This document shows, piece by piece, positions 43,048 to 57,258 of a stretch of 64,000 bases of DNA. The translations under genes were made by a program, and so were the position numbers. The notes beneath the pieces are model-generated. The model was given only the letters and a program-made list of their open reading frames with translations, searched no databases and was not told the origin of the DNA. The stretch comes from Chrysomallon squamiferum. Taxonomy: Eukaryota; Animalia; Mollusca. Within the stretch, counting starts at the first letter, position 1, and the number at the start of each line of letters is the position of its first letter. The stretch is taken from assembly GCA_012295275.1 (NCBI GenBank), contig CM022665.1:17174001-17238000 (forward strand). Direction: 5' to 3'.

Positions 43048-45001
43048 CATGTATGTATATATGTTTGTGTGTTTATATATATGTGAGTGCGAATGTGCTT
43101 ACGAGCACGAATGTATGTATGTATGAATCTAGGAAGGTATGTAAGCATGCTTGCATGTATGAGGAAATGTAGATAGGCAGGTAAGTATGTTTACATATAT
43201 TCTGAATGTAGGAAGGTATTATGTAAATTAACATGGGTACAAATGTACGGACAGACGATCTAATGTTCCAAACTGCTAATGTGAGGATGACTATATTGTT
43301 ATAGCTGCACTGAGTAGCACTTTAAAACACCGCAGACGACACCACGAGTATCCGACACGTGATTATTGTAATTACTGAGTCTAATAGCGGTCTTGTGATT
43401 TCCTGTTTAAAGGAATGTTCAATATAAAATAACACTTACTGCTATTTGACCAGGAACTCGAGAAGAGGCAAATGAGATTTTCTATGTCTTTTTTTTTTTG
43501 TTGTTGTTTTTTCTTTTTTGGGGATGAGGGGAGGGGGGGCTGTTGTTGTGGTTTCATTCTCAGTCTTTTTTTATTTTTTACTTATTATTTTTTTTTTTAT
43601 TGGCTTTTTTAAAAGGACACGATTCTGGCACCTTTAGATAATGTTAATATTAAAATAATATGAGATATAACATCCAAAAAGAAGAAGAAGAAGAAGAACA
43701 CTCTGAATAACACAGATATGAATCTGTCAACATACATTTTACAAGTGGCACTGGAAGTTATTGCTAAGTAATTCTTCAGTCCAAAAAGAAATAAGAAAAA
43801 AAAAATCCTATGCCATTTGTTTATCTGTCCGTTTGTCTGTGTCGTGTTTGTTTTTGTTGCCTTGTTGTTATTGTTGTTGTTTTGCTGTTGGTAGTGGTGG
43901 TGGTTTTATTGTTGTCACTGTTAGTGTTTTGTTGTTTCCTTTTCTCCGTTTTCGATTTATTATCCTTATTTTTTTTTGGGGGGGGGATATGCTCCTTAGA
44001 ATGTTTTACTTTTATTTTATTTTATCGTTATTATTATTTTAAATATCTGTTCATTTCCGCATGTGTATCAAAGACTCATAATCTGACAGTTAAAACATCC
44101 ATAAATTTATCCCCAACGTAATGTTGACAACTCTGTTTCACCACCGTAATTGTCCTTCAAACTTTAGACCAGCTAGACAACATCTGTGAAACAAGGTTTC
44201 GTGAAAAATCGAAGACTCTACTTGAAGAATGCGAAATTAAATCTTTCCTGATTGTCCACTTGTGTTAGAATCACACGGAAAATCAGCGCCACGGAGGATT
44301 AGGAGTTCGTTATTGCAGAACAACAAAATGATGCAAAATCCGCGAAAGCTTTGTATAAGCATCAGACGTTTTACATCTTCAACATCGACGTAAACTACTA
44401 AGAACTAAATTCATCAGAAAACTCAAATGAAAACTAAAAACACAAAATTTTAATTAAAAATCCTTTGTATCATAAAAAAAAAAAATTAATAATAAAAAAA
44501 ATTAAATAATGTTTCTCTGATGACAATAAAAACGCCTAATTTTATGAATAATAAAGAGAAGCAGTAAATATATTATATTAAGTTTATGAAGCAAGCAGAA
44601 AATGTACAGAAATTAAAGTAAACGTATCAGAGAATGAGAATTAAATTAAATAAACAGCATAAGTCGAGCTAAAAAGGTTAACATGACTTTGCTATTACTG
44701 TATGAACATGCTTTATGATGGCCATGTTTTCACAGAACATCGGGATACTATTATCTAAACTACTTGCATTGTGTTACACATAATTATCCCAATGAACTAG
44801 TGAAATGTAACCATCCTTGGCTATATATTTGTTTGTATTTATGCATACTATTCTCCCTCCATGTTCCTTATGTTTTTTTTATAACATAATATATTTTTAT
44901 ATGTTTCTATTATTATATATGTTGCTATATGGCATTTCATGAAAAACATTTTCCTCTGTGTCTGTCCCCGCCGCGTGGCATTGGCAATGGCCTGAATATA
45001 A

Positions 45002-45733
45002 GGTGACTGAAAAAAAAGTCACAAAATGTCTGGGTTTGTAGAGTACTGAATGTGGCATCATAGTATGCATGGGGTAATTCTTAAGCTTATTGATTAGGTT
45101 AGATTAAAGAAAGGGGCTTCATACTGGGTCTAGCCTGGGTTTAGCTTACTGATTAGGATAGATTTAAACTAAGGGCTTCCTACTGTAAATGATTTATAAA
45201 ATGTCCCAGGTTAAAATGTGTTTCACTATATATTCTCCAGCTTGCTCTAGTATCAGATGTGACGGACACACCCGCTGACCTGTCTGAAAGCGTGCATGTC
45301 GTAGACGTGCTTCCCAACAGCTTCCTCTGATTAGCACGTAAATTTTTTTTCATTCATTCATTCATTCTAGTATCAGAAGTATGTTTAATATGGAAGTTAT
45401 TCGTAGAAATAAGGGTGGTAACAAAATCTGTTATGAAGGGTTCATGTATATCAAAACATGCAATTCGCAAAACAAAATTGTGGTGGAAATGCGACAAAAA
45501 ATCTAGTTGTAATTGTCGATGTTCAATGATAACAGACTTACAGTGAGAGGCTTGAGGACCGCAATTTGCGATTGTGGCAGAATTTCTTCGTGGTATTGGG
45601 TGGAACATCCGCCTAAACCACCAACATTAAAATCAAAGAACATGTATTTATATCTTATATATTTCTTAATTTTAAAAAACAGTTGTGACACTTTTCCTGT
45701 GACTATTTTTCTGTGACTTTTTTTCCTATAATC
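45002..45733. mobile_element. Non-autonomous DNA transposon with tandem subterminal GTCACA motifs (Mutator/foldback-like)
   Basis: Flanked by direct repeat GAATATAA (44994-45001 and 45734-45741; 9 bp with one mismatch). Left end GGTGACTGAAAAAAAAGTCACA vs right-end reverse complement GATTATAGGAAAAAAAGTCACA (17/22), with two more GTCACA units on the right. Internal ~60-bp duplication at ~45085-45185. Confidence 0.7.
45258..45365 (+). mobile_element. 5'-truncated retroposon insertion with 12-bp TSD and (TTCA)n tail
   Basis: TSD TCTAGTATCAGA at 45246-45257 and 45366-45377; 3' stem ACGTGCT...AGCACGT followed by AAA, a T-run and (TTCA)4. Confidence 0.85.
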
Positions 45734-45811
45734 GAATATAAATAAAGCTATTTTATGTTAAAAAGATAGTTGTCGTTTTATTTTTTAATTTATTTTTTAT
45801 TATTATTATTA

Positions 45812-45872
45812 ACGTGCTTCACAACAGTTCGCTCTAATTAGCACGTCAAAAATGTTTCTGTCTGTCTGTCTG
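45812..45872 (+). mobile_element. 3' terminal stem-loop fragment of the same retroposon, (TCTG)n tail
   Basis: ACGTGCTTCACAACAGTTCGCTCTAATTAGCACGT followed by AAAAA and (TCTG)4. Confidence 0.7.
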
Positions 45873-47553
45873 TTGTTGGTTTTTTTTTTTTTTTTTTTTT
45901 GTTCTTTAAAAACAAAATGATATAACATTTTATTCCTTTTACTGTGCTCTGTGTATTAATGTTCTGTTCTAATCTATTAGAAAAAAAAAAAATTCATTTC
46001 GAGTAGACCACGGCCTAAGTATAAGTGTAAATTAATTTGCAGAGTAACCCTGTCTTGGGCAGATAATCCAGTAATCCGATTTGGGTGCCGTAACAAACTT
46101 GCATGAACTTTTCGATGGATATAATAACGTTTCAAACGATGATTAATGGATTTATAGATAGATAGATTTCTATTATTATTATTGTTATTATTATCTTTTT
46201 TTGTTTTTATTATTATTATTATTATCTTTTTTGTTTTTATTATTATTATTATTATCTTTTTTTGTTTTTTATTATTATTCTTTTTACAAAAGTCGAGAGA
46301 TCATTTTTAACAGTTGATTGCCTATAACACCGGTCAGAGATAGAAATTAAGCAAATTAAAGAATTGTGTACGATTAAAACGGTAAAGTGAGAAATTTTGC
46401 TGTTAGCTTTATCGAGAAAACTGCAAATGTAAAGATAATTTAGTGGATGTGGCAATTTCTAGCAAGATCCATCAGTGACTTGTTCATATTGGCCGGAAGT
46501 TCTTTCTAAAATAGGACGATATTTTAAGTTAACTCTCCATTAGCCAAACGCATCTGTTACTAAACTGTATTACATACCACGGCCATCAAGATTTGATCCT
46601 GTTATATATCAGTCTTACTTTGGACGTTTTTTCCATTTCATTATCAAGATTTGAACATGATATATATGGTATTTCAAATATACAGCCTGTTTCAAACCAG
46701 TTGTCTGAGAAGGTCAGAAGTTATTTTCACAATAAACATGCCTGAACAGTTAATGACATCAACTTCAGTATTATACGTATATAGTAGAAAATAGACGTCT
46801 TACTACTCTGAACGACAATTATCCACCCACTAACACTAGATACATCAAACCTAGCAATAAATGATCGTGGATTGTTCCAGCTTTCAGACTTGATATAGAT
46901 TTAATATAATTCATTTACTGTCACTTAAACATTCCAGATCTGACGCAATTTTATACCGTATTTTACTTAATAAATCCATTATTTCAGACACGATGTGTCC
47001 TACTTGAATTATTACAGGTCTTCACCCTACGACAAACGTTTGAAAACTTCATCATAAATTGTCAGCGTATAATGTTACTTGACAATATTAATAGATAAAA
47101 AGGCAAATGATCATAGATCTCAGTTAACGTTGTTCAGTCTAGGAAACACTGTATTACTGGACTCTGGAACTCTTCCACAGCGTTACTGCCGTGTTTCTTA
47201 ATACTAATTATGTGAGAGGCGGACCTTGGCGTGTGCTCAGTGAAATCTGAATCTGCAATAATTCGAGGATCTGTTTAAGGGAATCTGAATCAGTAGTCTT
47301 TATTTTTTGTTCTGTCTCGTATCTTTTTTATTCACTATATTTTTATTTTTATTTTTTATTACATTTTTATTTATTTATTTTATATATTTATATTATTTTT
47401 TTTTTTGGGGGGGGCGCTTTGGGTGGTTAAATTATTTATTAATTTATATTTAATTTTAATTTTATACATCTTTTTTGTCGTTGTTGGTGTTTGTTTTTGT
47501 TTCTCCTTTCTATTGTTGATGTCGGTATTTTTAAAATGTTAGCTATTTCTGTT

Positions 47554-47664
<111 letters not shown>

Positions 47665-49204
47665 ATTATTATTATTATTAGTAGTAATGTCCTTAACCAT
47701 TTTATCCACATGTATGACTTAGGGAAAATAGTAATGGTAGATTTAATAATAATATAATTATTTGTTGAGTTAAAGTAAAGCATTTCGTTTTCTCGTTAGA
47801 TGCCATGAACTGGTTTTAAACACAGTTAACCACATGGAACTTCATGTAGCATCGTACACTGACAATTATGGCCACATGGCTTTTTATAGCTGTTAACAGG
47901 AGATACTCCAATTACCTAGCGCTACGAAATTACTTAAAATGTGTATCATAATAATATTTTGAAAGCTTTATCGAACATTTTTATAGCGTAATCCAAGCAT
48001 GATTAAATGATGACCCAATTCTTTGCTGATCACATTTATTTCATTGTGAAGCAGGCTGTTCGCAGTCTAGCTTTTGTGACGATTTGTTTTTAAGGAAAAA
48101 AAATTTAATATCGATACGGTTAATAAAATTAGTGACTATATTTGGAAAATAACTGAGATAATTTCGCTAATATATTTCTGATCTGTTCTAGAGTAAATCC
48201 TTTTTAGTTCATTGAAAAACTAATCATTTTATTCGTATGAACGAAGTGAATGTCATTAATTATAATAATAATAATAATTAAAAAAAAAAATGTATCGACA
48301 GTTTTCACTTCAAGAATTTAAAACATAGACATGGATGGAACCTTGACGATTTTATGGACATCATTTTATTGTTATTTAAACTCTTAAGTTACTGGAGTGT
48401 CGTATAACTTTTATTATAAACACAACTTTCTCGTTCACATTTTGTTGTACTTTTAAAGCAGAAACAAAAAATCCATTTTGAAATGGTTTTCCAAGCTATT
48501 TTGACATACATATCACGTGATCAGTGTAAAGGTAGTATGCGTTGAAAATTGTCGTGATAATGTTTAAATTACTTTTTAATGATTTTATTGCGTGATTTTC
48601 TCTCTGTTGCCTTCGTGCAAAAACGAAATTAAAATATATTTTCATGTCTGCCAATTTGAAACCTTAGCAATATATCAAAGCATATTTTTTTCATTCCTAT
48701 AGAAGACTTCTCTGTAATCTAAATAATTAAATATACACAATACAAAGTAACAAATATAACAAATAGCTGATTAATGTTAAAATCCCCAAAACAAACAAAA
48801 TTTTCATGTTCAAAATATTTTTTTTTTTACCTTTCTGTTTTATTTTTTAATTTATTAATATAATTTTTTGTTTTTGTTGTTGTTTTGTTTTGTTTATTAC
48901 ATGATCGGTTATTTGGCGGTAGTAATAAACAGAAAATACTATCCTTTCTTACTGATTTCCTACTTGTAGTTTATCGTGTGTCAAAATCCACAGTTCAGCT
49001 TCAGGTCAGAATGCCATAAATACAATTACAGTTGTATGACTAGTTGACAGGTGGCTGTGGTTATTGAACAAATACATTTATGTGTGCCTAATTAATCCGT
49101 GCTCATATTTACAGTTGATTTCTGCAGATGGTAACCCTTTTACATTGTACCGAGTGACTCATTACAATTTCAAATGGTTAAAAAAAAAAATAAGAGTAAA
49201 GTAT

Positions 49205-49316
<112 letters not shown>

Positions 49317-49799
49317 ATCTGTTGTTTTGCTAACCTACGAACGGCCGATTGAATGTATAAATGACTGAATGAATGAACGAAAGGAATATTTATTTAGTAG
49401 GTCTACTCCCATTTGTCATACATCCTACTTGTTAGACAGCTTGCGATCACAAATGTTAACGTTTGACAGCGCCGATAATTACCTACTGCTTGCCCATGAC
49501 TCGTTAATGGGTCATTCCGATGCAATATGAATGTTCATTACATTTTTGTTCCTGTTTAATTTAATTAGTTTATTATCCTGTTATTAAATGACTAAGTGTT
49601 ATATCTAATATACGAATACCTGGTAACTGGAATCTTTCAGATGGGAGGACACTATTAATTTTTATGAAACTTTTAATATTAATTGTTATTATGTGTGACA
49701 CAGGCGCTGCCGAGGTAATAAAACATTTGATTTTTATATACATGTTCTTACGATAATTGATATAAATAAATGAATAGTCACTTAACTAGATGTATAACT

Positions 49800-50114
49800 C
49801 AGTGATTCCCAACGTGGGGGGCAGTTCAATAATAATAAGGGGGGCAATATGAAAAACACAGTAACATCAACATTTTTTTATTTATTTTACCCTCTATGGG
49901 TAAAAATTATAAATTTATAGGGTAAAATTGTAATTACAACCTAGCTGAGCACAACAGCTTGTGCAGTCTAGTCAAGTGTTCACCCATTAATGTTATCGTG
50001 CACTTCTTCAAAACTGATATTGTTATATCATACTAAACAATTAACAGGTGGAGGACATGAAGAAATTTGTGATAAAAAAGTGGGGCATGGTACTAAAATG
50101 GTTGGGAACCACTG
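49800..50114. mobile_element. hAT (Charlie-type) MITE, 315 bp
   Basis: TIRs CAGTGATTCCCAAC / GTTGGGAACCACTG (13/14 match) and a perfect 8-bp TSD GTATAACT at 49792-49799 and 50115-50122. An 8-bp TSD with CAGTGGTTCCCAA termini is diagnostic of hAT-Charlie. Confidence 0.93.
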
Positions 50115-51935
50115 GTATAACTGAAATCTAAAATTATAGAAATAGACTGAAATCTGAAATCTAAATTTATACCAACAGACGTACAACCGAAATCTAAATT
50201 TATTATATTCAAATTTATATCTGAAAAAGAAGATGATAGTGATAAAGACTCTTATGACAACAACAATAATGATGATGATGATAATGATGATGATGAACTG
50301 GTCATACATTCAATGAAGAACCTATTTGTATCCAAGGTTCATACACCTTCCTAACCAAAGATAAATACCCTAAACTATTTGTTGGATGGAGTAATACTTA
50401 ATAATAAGACGAATTGAAGATATAAAACGAAAATAACTTTTTAAAATTTTTTTTCCCCCATTAACTACGCGCGATTTACGGGACGCTATAAAAATACATC
50501 TAAATTCATGGAAATCTCGAAATCAATTTAGCAGAGCGAAAAAGAAAGAGAAGGAAAAAAGACACGTCAATATATTAAGAAAACTACCAAACGAAGCGAC
50601 TCTTCGTTGCCGGTGTCTGTAAGCAATTTGCCTGACCCTGATTACTTGAACTATTTGGAGAATGAACAAGCGGGCGAATAATTCGAGAAAAACAATTTGT
50701 TCTGTGTGCAGTGCCTTTATTGCGTCCTTTCTCGCCAATCAAAGCTTTTTATAGATGCTCAATGATTGCTTTAGCGTCACCACCGTTCGGTTTTTTCCGT
50801 TGTAATATCGCTGCCGATCGTTTTCTGTCTAACTAGAGTTCGGTGGGCTTTTTCTGTTTTAATATCGCAGCCGATCGCTTTTGGTCGTTATAGGTGTTAC
50901 AACGTTAATAGTCACTTCCAAGATCACATTACGGCTTTTTGATATAGATCAGTTCAGCATCGGTGACCTTCGTTATTGATCGCTAATTATCGGAAAAGAT
51001 CGTTATATGTTCGTTGGTTTAGATATAGTGTTACGTTGTTTCTCGAAACGAATTCGTAAACAGTCGCCTTCTGCAAGGACTTTTCATTAAAAACAGTAAA
51101 CAAGCGTAAACTTCAGGAATAATATTGTCAAACACACAAACACTCACGTACGCAAATACTGACAGATTACGGTCAGAAGTACACATATGAGAGAATTAAT
51201 CTGTTTCTCACTGTCTGAAATAATTAGATTTAAATGTTCAACGATTCAGTGTGTGCCTTCCACTGTATTTTTTCTTTGACAGCCAAGTTCTCTGTTTCAC
51301 GTCTCTAGACTACATAACATGTATTTTTCTGTTTTTTAAATCAATTACTTTGCGACAAGAAGCAATTATATATATCTTATCTTTATTGAGTCTGGTAAAT
51401 TGGCGTCAGTGTAAAAAAGATTTCAACTTTTGTCATTTTCAGAAGCTTTGTGTGATTTTTGAGATAAATAACGCCTTAGGTGTAATAATTATTTTCTTAT
51501 ATTAATGTTGCAAACAACATTCGTTCTTTTTTTATTATTTTTTTTTATTTACCTATTTATTTATTTATTTATATTTTATTTATTTCTTATTATTATTTTT
51601 TGTGGGGTGTGTGTTTTAGTATTATTTATTTATTTATTTATTTCACTTTATTTTATTTGTTTAATTTACTATTGTGGGGAGGAGTTTTGTTTTATTTGAA
51701 TTTTCTTTGATTGGTTTTGTGAAGGGAGTTTTAATGTTTTATCCGTGTGCATATTTTGAAAGATGTTTTCCTCAGTATAAAAACATCATCGTGAAGATAC
51801 TGAACACAGTTTTTTGTTGATTTTTAAAATGATTCATTAGTAAGATTAACTGGAAGCATTTACCAGAGGATATGAATGAATGTGTTTTTGAAAAGAAAAC
51901 AATAAAATAAATAATGTCTTTTGTTTGTTTGTTTA

Positions 51936-51978
<43 letters not shown>

Positions 51979-52738
51979 TATTTATAACAGAATATATAGA
52001 AAAAAATCATAAATAAAATAGCAATATAAAATATTTTTTAAAAACCCACAACAACAAAAAAAACAACAACATACTAATTAAAATAATAAAATAAAATAAA
52101 TATGTTTTGAGAAACGTAGCTTTGTCATGATTACCGCTGCTACAGAAATAACGAATACCACCAACTGGTGTTAGATTTTCTTTAATAAGTTTTTCAATCA
52201 GCGCATAACACCAGGAAATGACGTTTATGAGAGAATGAAACCCATTGACAAAGACTCTACAGACGCTGGTATGAAACTCTTATGTCTGTGCAAAGCTCTT
52301 ATGTCCGCAGGACCTGGTTTCCGTGTCATCTTCTTCTTTTCTTCAATCGTGAAGTGTTAGCTTTTCCCATTGTTGGGTTCCTCTACGAGGTTGTCAGTGC
52401 TTTCAAAAACACTGTCAACATAACAGTACTACATCCGCGAAACTGCACAAGAAGAGAATCACTTGCTGGCGGTTACTGTCTTTGCACGTCAAAGCAGTCT
52501 AGTCACAATCTCGGTCTCGATCAAGAAAAGCGATGTTGCAGTGATGATGATGGTCGCCAGTGTGTCTCCAGTATCTTTTAGCTGTCAGTGGTAAAACAAG
52601 TTACATACAGATTTAACACGAGCAAGACAGGTTAAGACATGAAATAATTCGCCTGTATTTGAACGCCGTCATGACTCTGTATATGTGCATGTGCATATGA
52701 CTGTGCATGTTATATATTATTATTATTATTATTAAATG

Positions 52739-53000
52739 CATAAGGATAGATCTATTATGAAACTAATGAAATTTAAGCTTCAGGGCCCTTAATCGAGGCC
52801 CTTAAGAAGTGATGTTAGTTCACATTGCTTCAAAATTTTAATCAAAACCTAGATGTCGTGGATAAATTTTTAAAAGAAGTGTCTTGATCTGTCAAGGAAC
52901 AAGCCGACTGAAGAAGATAACAGTGGTCAACCAGATCTCGTTGCTGCTAGTGATGGTCCCGAACAATGCAAGCTTCAGACCCCCAAAATGTAGGTCTTCC

Positions 53001-53004
<4 letters not shown>
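52739..53004 (+). mobile_element. Third copy of the 8.5-kb MITE family
   Basis: Shares GAAACTAA, ATTGCTTCAAAATTTTAATCAAAA, CAGA.CTCGTTGCTGCT, CAAGCTTCAG and AAAATGTAGGTC..CCACTG with 8482-8942. Confidence 0.8.
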
Positions 53005-53047
<43 letters not shown>

Positions 53048-54269
53048 AGATACACACATACACATACATATACATATGTACATATACCTTTAATATCTGT
53101 GTGCGTCTGTATATTAATGTCATTAATGACAGTGATTCATAATATTAATAAAAAAAACTTTAAAAAATTAATATATACATAGAAAAATGAAAGAAAGAAA
53201 AGCAACAACAAAACGTTTATTCTGAAATCAAGATGGCACTGACCTATTTCCAGGTGACCTTGACCTTCCAATCGATGTTGTGATCTCTCCTGTTAAAATC
53301 CTCTCAACAGCAACATGATGAACAATTAATTAAAACTGCTCTATAACGCTCTGTACTGTCACAGCTCACGTTATCATTCGTTCTGGCACTGGGGTTTCAG
53401 ACATTATCTCGTAGTCATATCTTTCCATTAAACAGTGTAACAATAACACACAGCAGTAGCTCAGATTTTTGCATTAAGCAAATTAATGTGAGAAAGTCTA
53501 AGTGCTCTGTTTTTCCAATCACTGAAATATAAACAGACAGAGCCACTACGAGAAACAGAAATTTAATTACGAAATCTATGGAAATTTTACCTTTCTAGAT
53601 AATGCTGTTTGTTTATTGTTTTGTTTTTTGTTTTTGTTTCGTTTGTGTAACTGATTGACTTTTTTTTTTTTTTTTTTTTTATTGTTGTTGTTGTTGTTCT
53701 TTTTTGTTTGTTTCTTGATGATTCGTTTGTTATTGCGAGGTAGTTTCTTTTTTTTTTTCCTTACCATTAGAGAGACTAAAAACGAAGAACACGATTTTGA
53801 TGTATCCTAGTTTCTCCATTTTGTTAGGTTCAATTGGTTTATTGTTATGATGGAAATGATAACTTCTTTTGAAATGTGAGGACATTTATTACAATTTCAG
53901 ATATTTCTTTCCACGTTCTGCTATTAAATCTTTATACAGTTTGGCGCACCAACATTTTATATAACCGCTTTTTATTTTTTTATTTTTTTTATTACTATTA
54001 TTAATCTTTATTTTTATGTTTAATTCCCCCCCTTCTTTTTCCTCTACCCCTTCGATTCACAGTAATTTTCTATTTTAAACCAAGGTTTTCAGTAATTCAT
54101 TTTTGATCGAGACTGTTGTACTTAAAACATATCGTGGTTCATTTTTCTGATGTTTAGGCTTAATCGTAAAGTATATGTTTAATATATCTACGTGAGTAAT
54201 CATGCACGTGCCGATATGCGTGAGTAATCACGTGACTGAGTTGATGTTTGTGAGCAGTCATATGTAAAT

Positions 54270-54660
54270 ATAGTGTGAAGTCGAAGTTTATGTATAACTG
54301 TCCATATTTGTGAGAGGACTTATGTACACGAAAGTGTCGATGTGTGTGAAAGTATTTTATGTAATTATATAAATGTCGATAATTTATGTAATTATATAAA
54401 TGTTGGCGTATCCGAAAGTAGTTCATGTAATTTTTAAAAAGTCGTTGAATGTGAATGTATTTTATGTAATTTTTAAAAATTCGTTGCATGTGAATTTATT
54501 TTATGTAACTCTATAAATGTTCATGTGTGAAAGTAATAAATGTCGATAATTTATGTATGAGAATCGAGATGTACACGAAAGTATCGATGTGTATGAAATT
54601 TTATATAAGCACATAAACTGTCGATGTATGAAGAAATAGTGTATGTAAGTATCTAAAACA
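54270..54660. repeat. Degenerate minisatellite, ~32-36-bp unit
   Basis: Repeated TTTATGTAATT.TATAAATGTCGATGTGTGTGAAAGTA. Confidence 0.8.
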
Positions 54661-55322
54661 CGCTGTACACCTAGAATATGCTATCATTTCAAAACATTCC
54701 AGATTCTCACTTCAATTTACCTTCTAAGTCTAACACAGAACTATAATACCCTCACCCTTTCTAACCCAGCAAAGTTCAAACACCTCTTCATTAAATTTGT
54801 ATTAGTGATGCAGCACTTTTTTCTAGCGATACTTTTCAGACATGGAAATAGATACATGATTGAAAATACTGTCAGTTTGGCTTTACTTTGTCATAAAAAA
54901 GAAATCTAGCTATTTAACTTTCTTCTTCCTCTTCCAGTTTTATTTTTACTGTTTTTTTTATTATTTAATTATTATTATTTATTAATGATCTAGATCTCGG
55001 TCATAGTTCCTTATCACTGTTCAGGAGTACATAAGAAAAAATTGTGATCGGCAGAAAACTAATTTCAGTGTAAAGTAAATATATGTTTTGTTTGGTTGAT
55101 TTATATATACTGTACATATATTGTTGTTTTATATATTTGTATGTTTTTGCTGGTTATTGTATTTCATTTTTATTTACTTATTTTTATTTTATTTATTTCA
55201 TTTCATTTTATTTCAATTTATTTTATATTATTTTATTTTATTTTATTTACTTTTTTAAAGTCTTTTCTGGAAATATTTATTTATTTATTTATTGTTTTCA
55301 TTGTTGATTAGTTTTATTGTTC

Positions 55323-55383
<61 letters not shown>

Positions 55384-56910
55384 TCAAGGGAGGTAATCAG
55401 CTAGGAAATTGTGACTGACATAAGATGATCTAACCTGAATTTAGTTTAGATCAAAAGCTACCGCAGTTATGGTAATGAAAAGTAAACCTTTGTTCATTTG
55501 AAAACGTAGAGATGACTCCTTTCACTTTATCTCACATTTTTATTTTGTCGGTCAAAAAAAGAAAATAATTACAATTTTCTCCGGAAAACTACTTTGATCT
55601 AAATTGAAACTTTACGATAATGTTAACATCGAATGACGACGATGGTAAATTAGCAGTCCGTAGATTAAGTGTTTAGAAATTTAATTAATTAATTTTACAA
55701 TAAACTTTCAACTTTGCACCTTTGTCTGATGACAACAGAGGTGGTTATCGGTGAAATCAAAGTTATATTCATTTCAGTTAAAAATGAACCAGAGATAATT
55801 GAAAAAAATAAATAAAATTAATTCTGATCAATGAAGAAATTAGATACAGCACACATACCAGAGTTAGCAGTAGAGATATTAGCATTGAGTGACCGAAACG
55901 AAATGTTTCCCGATTTCCAATCCGGACAAACCATTCGGTGATGTGACGTGGAAATTCGTGTCACGGAATTCAATGCTTCGTTAATCCGCAAATGAACTAT
56001 TCACTAGACTAAATATATATTTCAGGCGTCTAGGAATATAAATCTCAGATCATTAAAACTTATATCATTTATACGTTAACCTATAAAGAGAATTTGTTTT
56101 ACATCAGTACAAATGTTCTTTCATTTACACTTCAGAAACAAAAGTTTATTCTTCAGCAGTAATCATTATTCATCATCTTCGCCCCATGGCAGATCAGTGC
56201 TAGATATGTTTTCACTATAGTTTAGATTTCAGATAGGCCCCCCCCAAAAAAAAAAAAAAAAAAAATAGAACAATAAATTGATTTATGAAAGTATACTGAG
56301 AAACGAAAGTTAAACTACTGATCTTTTTTATTATTATTTATTTGTTTCTTTTCTTTGTTTGTTTGTCGTTGAGTTGTTTTTTTCAGAGAATGAGAGAGAG
56401 AGAGAATTCGATGGTGCTCACCTCAAGTCTGAGAATATAAGAATTACAGACTTGAATAAATGAAAGACTTTGAATTTTAAAAATCTTTTGGTGGACATTA
56501 TTTTACGTCTGAAGTTTTCAACATCATTTGTATACTTTTTAATAGGTTTTATTTTTATTTTTCTATTTTCGAAATTTATTTATGTGTTTGTGTTTCTGTT
56601 TTGTTCTGCTGTAGTCTTCAGTACTGGTAAATCAGTTTACATTAATTTCCAACAACAGTCCAACACGTAAAGCACAATGATACATTAAATGTTGTTATGC
56701 TGAACTATTACCAAATGGTTTATATTTTCAAAGGCTGTTAATTCAAGTACCTGCTTAGTAAATGCACTACAAACGACGAATACAAAGTACAAGAATCACA
56801 CACACACCACTACCCATAATAGCTTCAAATGTCTATTCATTCATTTCCATGGATACCATTTTGTTTACGTCATATTTCAGTGGTGGAAGACTGTTGAGTA
56901 CGGAGGCGGG

Positions 56911-57258
56911 TTATCGGTTTCGTGTCTTTAAGAATCTTAAATTTATTTGACGTTCCTCAGCCTGTATGTCACTAAAAGCATTTCTAAGTCCAAGACTCGA
57001 AAACTCACAAAACTGAGACCGGAATCTTTTGTTGTGAACGTCGTCCAGCACTAGGCACTTAAGCTGTTTGAATCTTTCTTGATGCGAAATGAAATATTTG
57101 GGTGAGTGCCTGACGTTAATAATATCCGACACTCTCGCGTTAAATACAAGTAGCTCGTAATCCTGATAAAATAATTTTAAATAACTGAAGTGTAGAGAAA
57201 GTAACCGCAATAACAAGTTATATTCAGGGGCGTCTATTCCGAGAGTGCCAGAAGAGAC
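56911..57258 (-). CDS. Candidate terminal coding exon of an unknown gene (115 aa, no recognised homology)
   Basis: Non-repetitive, stop-free frame starting at a good acceptor TTTTTGTGTGCAG|G in phase 0; an in-frame stop lies just upstream in the presumed intron. No upstream exon identified, so it may be a chance ORF. Confidence 0.25.
   Translation of the reverse strand, partial: VSSGTLGIDAPEYNLLLRLLSLHFSYLKLFYQDYELLVFNARVSDIINVRHSPKYFISHQERFKQLKCLVLDDVHNKRFRSQFCEFSSLGLRNAFSDIQAEERQINLRFLKTRNR

Noticed and set aside
52282-52581. 99-aa plus-strand ORF in a GC-richer patch
   Set aside because: No motif or homology recognised, no coherent splice structure, and its length is compatible with chance.
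53255-53266. TGACCTTGACCT nuclear-receptor direct repeat
   Set aside because: A single short motif, also common inside mollusc repeat families; no supporting context.
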